Shown here: positions 1 to 7,999 of the stretch, in pieces
Numbering within the stretch: the first letter of the stretch is position 1
Layout: every line of letters starts with the position of its first letter
Source: Escherichia coli
Lineage (GTDB): Bacteria; Pseudomonadota; Gammaproteobacteria; Enterobacterales; Enterobacteriaceae
Assembly: GCF_013122565.1 (NCBI RefSeq)
Contig: NZ_CP053258.1
Reading direction: 5' to 3' (one strand)
Length of the DNA stretch: 64,000 bases
Program-made: the position numbers and the translations under genes
The notes under the pieces: generated by a model
Seen by the model: the letters and a program-made list of their open reading frames with translations, nothing else
Databases searched by the model: none
What the model was told of the DNA's origin: nothing

Positions 1-199
1 GCAGCAATTGATTAATCAGGTCAACGAATACATAAACAGTAAGCAATGGCCTGGTAAAGCGGCGATTGGTCGCCTGAAAGGTGAGGAACTGGCGCAATAT
101 AATTTGTGGCTGGATTATCTGGACACACTGGAACTGGTCGATACTTCCGGTGCGCCAGATATTGAATGGCCTACGCCTCCGGCAGTTCAGGCCAGATGA
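1..199 (+). CDS. Tail fiber assembly protein, alternate copy, C-terminal fragment (5' end truncated by window edge; frame starts at position 2)
   Basis: Translation ...LAQYNLWLDYLDTLELVDTSGAPDIEWPTPPAVQAR matches conserved Tfa C-terminus; converges on and overlaps the minus-strand tfa at 171-764. Confidence 0.55.
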   Translation, partial: QQLINQVNEYINSKQWPGKAAIGRLKGEELAQYNLWLDYLDTLELVDTSGAPDIEWPTPPAVQAR

Positions 200-764
200 C
201 ATCCGGCGCAGTGCTGGTATCTGTTACCGTCACCGCGTCAATATAATCCAGCACGGCGTTAAGTCGGGTTGTTTCTGCCTGCGTCAGCTTCCGCCCGGCC
301 TGTAATTTCAGTTGAATCAGACTGATGGAAGCCATTGCAGCATCGATCAGCGACTGGCGCTGTGCTTCTGCCGCGTCTACTGCGGCACTATGCTGTGCCT
401 CAGTATCTGTCACCCATTTCTCACCATCCCATTTATCGTATGGCGTTAACGGTGAAAGCGTGACATAACCGTCTTTGATGGCACCGATATAATCCACTGT
501 AACAGCTGCGCCATTTTCTGTTGAGTAAACAGTCTCATTGCGATGGTCTTCTTCATGGCTCCATCCCTTACCCGTAAATACTGCCACTCTTCCCGGAATG
601 TATTCGCCCGGGTCAATACCAGTGGAACAGGCGGGCATACTTACGCCAGTATTAATATATTCATCAGACCAGCCAGTATATTCATACGTAACTGCCTCAT
701 AATAAAAACAACGCATATTACCAGGTACTGTAGCCAGCCCATTTTCATCAAAAACAGGTTTCAT
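171..764 (-). CDS. Tail fiber assembly protein (P2 gpG-like)
   Basis: 197 aa; conserved Tfa C-terminus ...VLDYIDAVTVTDTSTAPDVIWPELPEA; directly downstream of tail fiber gene with start/stop overlap. Confidence 0.85.
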   Translation of the reverse strand: MKPVFDENGLATVPGNMRCFYYEAVTYEYTGWSDEYINTGVSMPACSTGIDPGEYIPGRVAVFTGKGWSHEEDHRNETVYSTENGAAVTVDYIGAIKDGYVTLSPLTPYDKWDGEKWVTDTEAQHSAAVDAAEAQRQSLIDAAMASISLIQLKLQAGRKLTQAETTRLNAVLDYIDAVTVTDTSTAPDVIWPELPEA

Positions 765-2278
765 TATGCAGCCCTCACAATATAATTAAAGGCGATGTTA
801 CGTGGACGGTTTTCATTAGCTGTTGGCACGACACGAGAGGCGTCGAATCCAAGGTCATCGGTTTTGCCTATAGCAGTTGTGTTATTCGCCATTGTCGCTG
901 ATCGTGTTCCTGCATCGTAAAAAGCCCCTCTGATTGCATCAAAAGACATGCCGATCCCGCCATCTGCGAATCCCTCAATATTTCTTATTGCATCCCCCTG
1001 TGAAGATAATAATTGTCGCCCGGCATCCACTCCACGTCCGTCATCCCAGCCACGAATAAATTCACCGCGTAAATCAGGCAATTTATTTGTCGGATAAACC
1101 TTTGCCAGTTCCGGGTATTCTTCAGCAGAAAAAGCCGCACCATTGCATTTTAGCCAGCCTGTTGGCGGAGTGGCGGAAGGCCACGGGACAGGCACACCAA
1201 CGGGTAATGCCGAACCTTCTCCCAAACCAAGGTATGCGAGAAGACCAGCCACATCCTTTCCACTCAAATTGGTAAGCGTATTGTCCAGCGGTTGTTTACC
1301 TGCCAGCGCATTAAGCATTGTCGTGGCAAAGTTCGGATCATTCCCCAGTGCCGCCGCCAGTTCGTTCAGTGTATCCAGTGCCGCGGGTGCAGAACCCACC
1401 ATTGCTGCAATCGCTGATTTCACAAAAGCCGTAGTGGCAATCTGTGTATTGTTGACCGACTGCGCCGCCGTGGGGGCTGTTGGCGTTCCGGTGAGTGCCG
1501 GACTCGATAGCGGCGCTTTCAGTGCCAGCGCATTGTTAATGGTGGTACTGAATTTCGGATCATTGTTAATGGCTACAGCTATTTCTTTCAGCGTGTCCAG
1601 CGTGGCTGGCGCACCATTAATAAGAGCCGTCAGTGCCGCCTGAACAAACTCGGTGGTCGCAACCTGCGTGGTGTTATTCCCCGCCGCTGGCGTTGGCGCT
1701 TTGGGTGTCCCGGTAAACGTAGGACTTTCTTTCTGTGCATACTGTGAATGCGGGTCCGGTGCGGCAAGATGTTTTGCCATCTGATCATCTGCGTACACCT
1801 TCAGCTCCAGTACCTTATCATCCACATACTTGCGGGTTGCCAGCACTACGGCAGGGTCGATTTTCAGGGTGATATTGTCCGTGCTGCTGGTAATCAACAC
1901 CATACGCACGGTCTGGGTACGCCCGCTGCCTTCAGCCAGTTGCGGCTTATAACTTTCCGGGCAGTTGCCCACGGCAATCAATGCCCCGGACTCATCAAAC
2001 AGGCCCACTTCACGTATCCACCAACCGCCCTCGTTTTCAGGGATCACCTGTTCAGCAATAATCTGGCTGCTGTTCTGCGGGTCGATATAGAGCATATTCA
2101 GCGCAGCCCGGCGTTTCTCATTTACCAATGCTGTCTGCTTTGCGTCCGGCGTTGGCAATGTTCCACCGCCATCGCCGACCGCCATATGGGTAATTTTTAA
2201 AGGCACACCGAGCGCGGCGGCGCTGGCAAGGTTCGCCGCGCCAATATCCGTCAGCAGGGTATAAAATTTTGTGCTCAT
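764..2278 (-). CDS. Tail fiber protein (P2 gpH-like N-terminus, Mu S/P1 S-like C-terminal receptor-binding part)
   Basis: 504 aa; N-terminal MSTKFYTLL...MAVGDGGG and repeat block ...LNELAAALGNDPNFATTMLNALAGKQP typical of P2 H; ATGA overlap with upstream gpI. Confidence 0.9.
   Translation of the reverse strand: MSTKFYTLLTDIGAANLASAAALGVPLKITHMAVGDGGGTLPTPDAKQTALVNEKRRAALNMLYIDPQNSSQIIAEQVIPENEGGWWIREVGLFDESGALIAVGNCPESYKPQLAEGSGRTQTVRMVLITSSTDNITLKIDPAVVLATRKYVDDKVLELKVYADDQMAKHLAAPDPHSQYAQKESPTFTGTPKAPTPAAGNNTTQVATTEFVQAALTALINGAPATLDTLKEIAVAINNDPKFSTTINNALALKAPLSSPALTGTPTAPTAAQSVNNTQIATTAFVKSAIAAMVGSAPAALDTLNELAAALGNDPNFATTMLNALAGKQPLDNTLTNLSGKDVAGLLAYLGLGEGSALPVGVPVPWPSATPPTGWLKCNGAAFSAEEYPELAKVYPTNKLPDLRGEFIRGWDDGRGVDAGRQLLSSQGDAIRNIEGFADGGIGMSFDAIRGAFYDAGTRSATMANNTTAIGKTDDLGFDASRVVPTANENRPRNIAFNYIVRAA
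1217..1242. other. Candidate Din-family invertase crossover site (cix/gix/hix-like) inside tail fiber gene
   Basis: TTCTCCCAAACCAAGGTATGCGAGAA; left half matches the recalled consensus TTCTCnnAAACC with central AA, right half degenerate; lies at the constant/variable boundary of H. Confidence 0.3.
1289..1723. repeat. Internal tandem duplication (two units of about 216 bp, about 72 aa each) inside the tail fiber gene
   Basis: Protein units PTFTGTPKAPTPAAGNNTTQVATTEFVQAALTALINGAPATLDTLKEIAVAINNDPKFSTTINNALALKAPL and PALTGTPTAPTAAQSVNNTQIATTAFVKSAIAAMVGSAPAALDTLNELAAALGNDPNFATTMLNALAGKQPL; coordinates approximate. Confidence 0.7.
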
Positions 2279-2880
2279 GGATTCACTCTCATTGTGTCAA
2301 TAACATGGACCGCCCCACCTTCATGCGCGGTGCCGCCGGAAATAATTGTTTCGTTGATATACGGATAGATCGTGATTTCTTCGCCAAGATAGCTGGCGGC
2401 TCCCACCCAATGCGGGCCGCTGGTCTGCAGGTTGATGGACATGCCGATCATGTGACGGCTACATGGTTTGGCATCGCTTATCAGTCGCTCAAGTTCCAGA
2501 TAGGTATCTTCAGTGATGCCCTGGTCCTGCACGCCGATATCCAGACGAAACGTGCCCGGTGCCTCTCCGGTCTGCCACCACTCAATAATGCGGATCAGAA
2601 AACCGAACGGCTCCACCACCCGCCGCACGGCACTGGTGGTCCCTTTATGCTGATGAATATAAAAAGCATCCTTCACCACCTGGCGCTTGACGCTTTCTGT
2701 CCAGCCCTCGTCCCAGCGATCCACAGAGAACGCCCAGGCGAGATAAGGCAGGAAACTGATCGGACAGGTTGCCGGATTCCACAAGTCACGCAGCGGCACC
2801 TGCAGATCAGAAATCCCGCTACAGGTCTGCGCCAGTCGGCGCTCCAGTGAAGTTGAACCCGGTGGCAGCAGACTATTCAT
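2275..2880 (-). CDS. Baseplate/tail protein (P2 gpI-like)
   Basis: 201 aa; position and overlap pattern in J-I-H-G block. Confidence 0.8.
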   Translation of the reverse strand: MNSLLPPGSTSLERRLAQTCSGISDLQVPLRDLWNPATCPISFLPYLAWAFSVDRWDEGWTESVKRQVVKDAFYIHQHKGTTSAVRRVVEPFGFLIRIIEWWQTGEAPGTFRLDIGVQDQGITEDTYLELERLISDAKPCSRHMIGMSINLQTSGPHWVGAASYLGEEITIYPYINETIISGGTAHEGGAVHVIDTMRVNP

Positions 2881-3781
2881 CCGTTCCTCCGTTGGTCACG
2901 CTCCACTGCGTACATGATGCCGCCTGCGTTTTGTTCAGAACCACATCCGCCAGCGGAGAAGCCAGTTCCACACGTTGAACACCTTCAACATGCAGCGCGG
3001 CAAAAATAGCACTACGGCGAATATCCCGACCGAGCCGCGTCTGACTGGCGATGTACCTCTGCAGGCTGACTTTTGCCGCTGCCATTACCGGCTCTGCTTC
3101 CGGTCCCGGATAAAGAAAAATGGTGGCTTCCACACGGTACGGGATGATTTCTGCGCTGCGAACCGTCAGACGGTCAGCCACCGGGCGGACGTTCTCACTG
3201 TTCAGGGCTTTCTCCACCACGTCCAGTAAGTCTTTTTCTGCAGTTCCGTCGCCTTCGCGACTCAGGACAGTCAGCACCACCTCTGCAGGTGCCGGACTGG
3301 TTGCACTGGCATCCGCCACCCGACCGTCGGCGCTTCGGGCATGAAATTCATAAGCTGCAGTTGGCCCCGCAACTGAAAGTCCTTCAAAGGCTGCAGGCAC
3401 ACGCAGGCGTAACGCTTCATCACTTTCCATCACAGCCGCAACAGGCGGTACAGCGTCATCATCAGCAGGTGTCACCGTCAGGCGTTTCACGTTGTAGTTG
3501 GCAGCAATTTGGTCAAGGTCTCCGCCCATCGCGTAAGCCACCATCACCGCCTGCGCGGCTTCGTTAATGCGCTGGCGCAGAAGCAATTCACGGTAAGCGT
3601 TCTCCTGCAACAATTTGGTGACGGGTTCAGATTCAAGCTCCAGCGTACGCATCACTGCTTCCTGCTCATCTTTCGGATGAAGCGCCACAAATTCGGCCTT
3701 GCGTTCGGAAAGCAGCGTCTCAAAGTCCGGCACATCCACAATCTGCGGCGCAGGTAACTGCGAAAGGTCAATCACTGCCAT
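2873..3781 (-). CDS. Baseplate assembly protein (P2 gpJ-like)
   Basis: Start trimmed to MAVIDLSQLPAP... giving 302 aa as in P2 J; synteny. Confidence 0.85.
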   Translation of the reverse strand: MAVIDLSQLPAPQIVDVPDFETLLSERKAEFVALHPKDEQEAVMRTLELESEPVTKLLQENAYRELLLRQRINEAAQAVMVAYAMGGDLDQIAANYNVKRLTVTPADDDAVPPVAAVMESDEALRLRVPAAFEGLSVAGPTAAYEFHARSADGRVADASATSPAPAEVVLTVLSREGDGTAEKDLLDVVEKALNSENVRPVADRLTVRSAEIIPYRVEATIFLYPGPEAEPVMAAAKVSLQRYIASQTRLGRDIRRSAIFAALHVEGVQRVELASPLADVVLNKTQAASCTQWSVTNGGTDE

Positions 3782-4127
3782 TCTCTGCTCCTGTTGATAC
3801 GGAAAGGGAAACAGGCACACCGTTATTCCGCCGCCCGGTCAGCTCCACCACCATTGAACCGTCAAAATTGCTGTTGATGGTGATGGAATCCAGCGTCATC
3901 CTTGGCTCCCAGCGACTCAGCGCCACATACACTGCCGACATGACCTGCAGGTGTAATGCCGGATTTTGTGGCTGGTCTATCAGTGCCGACAGCAGGGAAC
4001 CATATTCCCGACGGGCAATGCGGCTACCCTGCGGCGTCAGCAAAATGTCCCGCACCGACTGGCGCAGATGGTCCGTGTCTGTAATAGTTTTTCCGTTGTT
4101 CTGACTCATGCCGATATACAGCGTCAT
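3768..4127 (-). CDS. Baseplate protein (P2 gpW-like)
   Basis: 119 aa; ...DILLTPQGSRIARREYGSLLSALIDQPQ... resembles gpW; ATGA overlap with V. Confidence 0.8.
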   Translation of the reverse strand: MTLYIGMSQNNGKTITDTDHLRQSVRDILLTPQGSRIARREYGSLLSALIDQPQNPALHLQVMSAVYVALSRWEPRMTLDSITINSNFDGSMVVELTGRRNNGVPVSLSVSTGAENGSD

Positions 4128-4702
4128 ACCGGGCCTCCGGTTGTATCGCCGCCTTTCAGGACGCCAGTATGCTGATGCGCATCAACCACGATCCCGTTAG
4201 AACTCATCGCTCCGCCGCCCTGGGTAACGCCACCATTGATCACAACTTCGCTGTTAATGCGCGTGCGGTCAGCCTCCAGTACAAACTCACTGGTTTTCAG
4301 GGTGATATTGTCAGCGGCCTCAATGACCATGGATTTGATGCCCCTGACATACCAGCGCCCGGTGGCGGGTTCGTATTCAAACCAGCCACCGTCTGGGTAC
4401 TCAACCACGTTGCCGTCCTCAGAGTCTGAAGGTGGTGGAAACTGATTTGAGTAGACAGCAGGCAGGGCAAACGCGGTTTCCAGATTGCCACCCAGGCTGA
4501 ACAGCACAACCTGCTCGCCCACAGACGGTTTCCACCAGGTGCGCGATTTGCCCGCGCGCAGTGTCAGCCAGTTAATCCAGTTGGTTTCGAGGTCGCCCGT
4601 TTTCACCCGACACAGCCAGTTTTCCCGGTCCACTTCGGTGACTACACCTGTGCGAATCAGATTGGTGATAAGGCGCATGATTTCGGTTAGTTGTGCATTC
4701 AT
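4124..4702 (-). CDS. Baseplate spike/assembly protein (P2 gpV-like)
   Basis: 192 aa; MNAQLTEIMRLITNLIRTGVV... aligns with P2 V N-terminus. Confidence 0.85.
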   Translation of the reverse strand: MNAQLTEIMRLITNLIRTGVVTEVDRENWLCRVKTGDLETNWINWLTLRAGKSRTWWKPSVGEQVVLFSLGGNLETAFALPAVYSNQFPPPSDSEDGNVVEYPDGGWFEYEPATGRWYVRGIKSMVIEAADNITLKTSEFVLEADRTRINSEVVINGGVTQGGGAMSSNGIVVDAHQHTGVLKGGDTTGGPV

Positions 4703-4750
4703 GTCGACGATATTTGCACAAACATATATTGTGGGACATTGAGTCAGAAA

Positions 4751-4768
4751 TGTATGACTTACTACACA
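4751..4768. promoter_or_regulatory. TGT-N12-ACA dyad (P2-type late promoter activator element) upstream of V
   Basis: tgtatgacttactacaca; P2 late promoters carry a TGT-N12-ACA dyad bound by Ogr-type activators. Confidence 0.3.
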
Positions 4769-4795
4769 ATGTTTATCCGCGCAAAGGAGTTACAG

Positions 4796-5701
4796 ATGAC
4801 ACAAATCGGTATCTATGGATATTGCTTCACGAAAGAATTTACTTTTAAAGGAGGGACACTGATACCTCGTTACAAATCCTTTAAGGAACTAAAAGAGAAT
4901 AAATGCGATGGAAGCGAATATGTATTAAGTGGATTTTTCTCTCCCGCACATGCTTCTGAAAACACCGTCACTCAAATAATTTATGATCTTTCAGCTGTTT
5001 TAAGTTTCATTGAACAAAAAAATGTAATCATATCAAACTTCCTAGAGGAACATGAAACACCTGAAAAGTTAGATAATAATTTCCCACTAAAATTGAAGTC
5101 AAAAAGAAAGTCATCACTAGGAATAATTGTTGAAGATTACTTCTCTGAAAAGAGTCGCTCAGCGTTCATTGAGCTTGCGATGGATAAACTTCATAGAAAT
5201 ATTAATTCTCATCAAAACCCTTTTAGAACTGCGTTCTATAAGTCTATATTTTCTTTTAGGGAAAGAATGGACTATGTAGATGTTAAATACTTCCTTAATT
5301 TCTCAGCATTAGAATCCCTGTGCAGATATATCGATAACGAGTCGACATCTAGTTATACACCACAAATAATTACAAAGGTTTTAAAAGATTATGGTTTTAA
5401 TGTATCTAAAGAAGGCAACCCTGTACCACAAAGAAACGTGATTCACTATTGCACGCTTCGAAACTCTCTATTCCACAATGGAAATTATATTGGATACATT
5501 AAGAAAGATGATCCAAGCAGTATCATTAAATTAAGTGATTATTATTCAAATCTAAATTTACTTTTACCTTTAGTATTAATGAAATATATAGGATTCGATG
5601 ATGGATTAATTAACTGGGACTCATGGATAGACTATGAACCATTTCTCGCCCTCAGGCCTAAAAACTTAACTCCATCGAATGGTAAACAATCAATTAGATA
5701 G
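4796..5701 (+). CDS. AT-rich cargo gene: hypothetical protein with Rx4H motif (HEPN-like, abortive-infection-like candidate)
   Basis: About 301 aa from MTQIGIYGYCF with AGGAG RBS upstream; low GC relative to flanks; antisense to the S-V tail operon; motif RNSLFH. Confidence 0.7.
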   Translation: MTQIGIYGYCFTKEFTFKGGTLIPRYKSFKELKENKCDGSEYVLSGFFSPAHASENTVTQIIYDLSAVLSFIEQKNVIISNFLEEHETPEKLDNNFPLKLKSKRKSSLGIIVEDYFSEKSRSAFIELAMDKLHRNINSHQNPFRTAFYKSIFSFRERMDYVDVKYFLNFSALESLCRYIDNESTSSYTPQIITKVLKDYGFNVSKEGNPVPQRNVIHYCTLRNSLFHNGNYIGYIKKDDPSSIIKLSDYYSNLNLLLPLVLMKYIGFDDGLINWDSWIDYEPFLALRPKNLTPSNGKQSIR

Positions 5702-6136
5702 CCAGCGCAATAATACATCGTGGGTTAAGGATTCTACGTCATCATTAATACCTAACAAACGACGCTCTGCGTAACGGACCTCCGGTCCTTTGCGACTAAC
5801 GCGATCACGCAGGCCGTAATGGTGAACACGGGCAATACGCTGCACCTTGCCTTCAAACTGTACGCTGGCAGAGTCGGCGCTGGCGGCAGTTTTCAGGTAT
5901 TTTGTGGTGCGCAGCTTTGCAAACATCTGACGTTTGATGCGCCCCTTCTTGCTACGTGCTGTTACCCTGCGCGGTTCATAACTGCTGCCATCTGGATTGC
6001 GCTGCATCCTGATATTCTGCTGCTGTGTCCGGCGCAGTTCCTGCGCCAGCTGGCGCATCATGCGGCTTCTCGTGGCTGGTTCCAGATTCGCCAGCAAGGC
6101 ACTCAGCCAGTCGTCCACCTTCTGCAGTTCAGCCAC
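5690..6136 (-). CDS. Tail completion protein (P2 gpS-like)
   Basis: 148 aa; synteny R-S-V. Confidence 0.85.
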   Translation of the reverse strand: MAELQKVDDWLSALLANLEPATRSRMMRQLAQELRRTQQQNIRMQRNPDGSSYEPRRVTARSKKGRIKRQMFAKLRTTKYLKTAASADSASVQFEGKVQRIARVHHYGLRDRVSRKGPEVRYAERRLLGINDDVESLTHDVLLRWLSN

Positions 6137-6581
6137 GTTTCACCGTCCACATTTCTTCAGGTGCATCAGGTTCCGCTACAGCTTCAACGCTCGACACACT
6201 GCCGTCAGTGCTGACCAGCACACGCTCCGTCAGTTGCAGGTTCAGGCTGATATCACAGACATCGTTGCGCAGAATATCCACCTCAAAGGTGAATAGCTTT
6301 TCCCGTAACGCCAGGTTATTGATAGCATCGGGCTGGTTATCCCTCAGCCACAGCAAAACCGGGGCCATCAGCAGATTCTGGTCGCCGCTGAAATCCTCAA
6401 TCACCACGTTCAGGGTGTAACGGTACTCCCATGACATGGAGCTGGCCCCCGTGGCAACCAGCGAACCGTTATCCACAAACAGATGCAGTTTGTCCGGGTT
6501 ATTGCGGACATAAGGCACCGCTTTATTGAGGGCGTGGCGCAGGGATTGTGGTTTGTTCACTGTTTCGCTCCTGACACGCAA
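6129..6581 (-). CDS. Tail completion protein (P2 gpR-like)
   Basis: 150 aa; synteny. Confidence 0.85.
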   Translation of the reverse strand: MRVRSETVNKPQSLRHALNKAVPYVRNNPDKLHLFVDNGSLVATGASSMSWEYRYTLNVVIEDFSGDQNLLMAPVLLWLRDNQPDAINNLALREKLFTFEVDILRNDVCDISLNLQLTERVLVSTDGSVSSVEAVAEPDAPEEMWTVKRG

Positions 6582-6813
6582 TAATCATGTCCACTTTGTC
6601 TGCACAGACCGCCCAGGCGGCCTCCGTTTCATCCAGCAACGCGTTCAGATTACCGTTAGTGCGCGGCGTTGCCTGATCCAGCCGACACGGCGTCACTCGC
6701 GGACAACCACTGACGGTAAGCTGCACCTCCGGTGAGTGTCGGACGTTCCCGCAGCCGGATAATGTCAGCAGGCAAAGGAGTATCAGCCCAGCGGCGTAAA
6801 TCCTCGTTCTCAC
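6523..6813 (-). CDS. Outer-membrane spanin lipoprotein (P2 LysC / Rz1-like), overlapping lysB and R out of frame
   Basis: 96 aa; lipobox LTLSGC in MRTRIYAAGLILLCLLTLSGCG; Pro-rich. Confidence 0.7.
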   Translation of the reverse strand: MRTRIYAAGLILLCLLTLSGCGNVRHSPEVQLTVSGCPRVTPCRLDQATPRTNGNLNALLDETEAAWAVCADKVDMIIACQERNSEQTTIPAPRPQ

Positions 6814-7084
6814 GTTTCAGTTCCTCAATCCGATGTTGTCGTTGTCTCAGCAGTGCACTGGTCTGTTCTGCTTCGGCGTAGAGCCGCGCCTGCTCCCGGT
6901 TGTTGGTTTCAGCCAGAATGGACAGACTGATCAGCTGGCTATTTTTCTTCGTTAGTTCGTGCGCTTTACTTTTCAGCGCCGCGCGCTGCGTTTCGATGGT
7001 ATGGCTGGCGCTGTTAAGCCGCCACGACTGCCAGCCCAGCGCAACGAGTGCCAGCGCCGCCACTACCGCCAGCGCACGTGTCAT
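6656..7084 (-). CDS. Inner-membrane spanin (P2 LysB / Rz-like)
   Basis: 142 aa; N-terminal TM segment then coiled-coil rich in R/E/Q. Confidence 0.8.
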   Translation of the reverse strand: MTRALAVVAALALVALGWQSWRLNSASHTIETQRAALKSKAHELTKKNSQLISLSILAETNNREQARLYAEAEQTSALLRQRQHRIEELKRENEDLRRWADTPLPADIIRLRERPTLTGGAAYRQWLSASDAVSAGSGNAAH

Positions 7085-7596
7085 AGTCCAGCTCCTTTAA
7101 GGCACCAGGCCATCTCCCGCGCACGGCGGTTATCCAGCCCCTGATTAAACACACCTTTTACATACACCCAGCGCGGCAACTGTCGGCACGCATCCGCCCA
7201 GCGCCGCTGATTGAGCAATTTCACCAGCGTGGAACTACAGGCATTGCCCGTCCCCACGTTGAAGGCAAACGACACCGTAGCGTCATACACCTTCTGCGGT
7301 GGCTGTTGCTTCACACACCTTTCCAGCGCCCGCTCCACACGCAGCACGTTGGAGATCAGCCCTTCTGCTGCCTGTCGCTCCGTGATTGTTTTGCCGGGAA
7401 TGACGCCCGATGTATTACCAATGCCGTCGGTCCAGACACCCGCGCTGCACTGATACGGCTGCAGACGACAGCCTTCGTAATCGGCGATCAGTTTCAGTCC
7501 CTCCACGGAGGTGTGAAGCTGCTGAAAACCCGGCAGCGTGGCAGCAATAGCCAGCACAGCCCCGACAAGGCAGCGTTTAACGATTGATGGATTCAT
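7081..7596 (-). CDS. SAR-type endolysin (T4-lysozyme/GH24-like, resembles phage 21 R)
   Basis: 171 aa; N-terminal hydrophobic CLVGAVLAIAATL then EGLKLIADYEGCRL...WTDGIGNT catalytic region. Confidence 0.85.
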   Translation of the reverse strand: MNPSIVKRCLVGAVLAIAATLPGFQQLHTSVEGLKLIADYEGCRLQPYQCSAGVWTDGIGNTSGVIPGKTITERQAAEGLISNVLRVERALERCVKQQPPQKVYDATVSFAFNVGTGNACSSTLVKLLNQRRWADACRQLPRWVYVKGVFNQGLDNRRAREMAWCLKGAGL

Positions 7597-7792
7597 AGTC
7601 CTCCCGCGAGATCTGCCCGTCGCGCAGAAGCTGGTAGGCTTTGTGTTTGTAGTACCAGTTGATAGCCAGCATCAGCACACCGATCATCAGGCCGCCCAGC
7701 GTTGAGGCATCCTTGATGGACAAATCACCCAGCCAGGCCAGCACAACGGCGATGCAATACGTGATAAAGGCGCTGATTCGCTCAAGCGTCAT
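7577..7792 (-). CDS. Holin (small two-TM, pinholin-like)
   Basis: 71 aa with two hydrophobic segments and charged C-terminus; immediately upstream of endolysin. Confidence 0.65.
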   Translation of the reverse strand: MTLERISAFITYCIAVVLAWLGDLSIKDASTLGGLMIGVLMLAINWYYKHKAYQLLRDGQISREDYESINR

Positions 7793-7795
7793 AAT

Positions 7796-7999
7796 TCAGT
7801 CCCATAGCTGGACGGTCTGCACGGTGGTGGTGGTCGGAATGTCCGGCAGCTCCACCTGCAGCCCGTGAGGTAAAAAGGGGCCAAATTCGGCAAGCCCCGG
7901 ATTTGCCTTCAGTACCTGCTCCGTGACACCCTGCGTGCGCCCGTAATGACGCCAGCAAAGCGCGTCCACCGTGTCATACTGATGCGCACGCACTTTCAT
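7796..7999 (-). CDS. Tail protein X (P2 gpX-like)
   Basis: 67 aa, same length and position as P2 X. Confidence 0.7.
   Translation of the reverse strand: MKVRAHQYDTVDALCWRHYGRTQGVTEQVLKANPGLAEFGPFLPHGLQVELPDIPTTTTVQTVQLWD

Noticed and set aside
1143-1643. 166-aa plus-strand ORF (and 1748-2200 plus) opposite the tail fiber gene
   Set aside because: Shadow ORFs; low-complexity Ala/Ser/Val translation mirrors the repeat region of H on the other strand.
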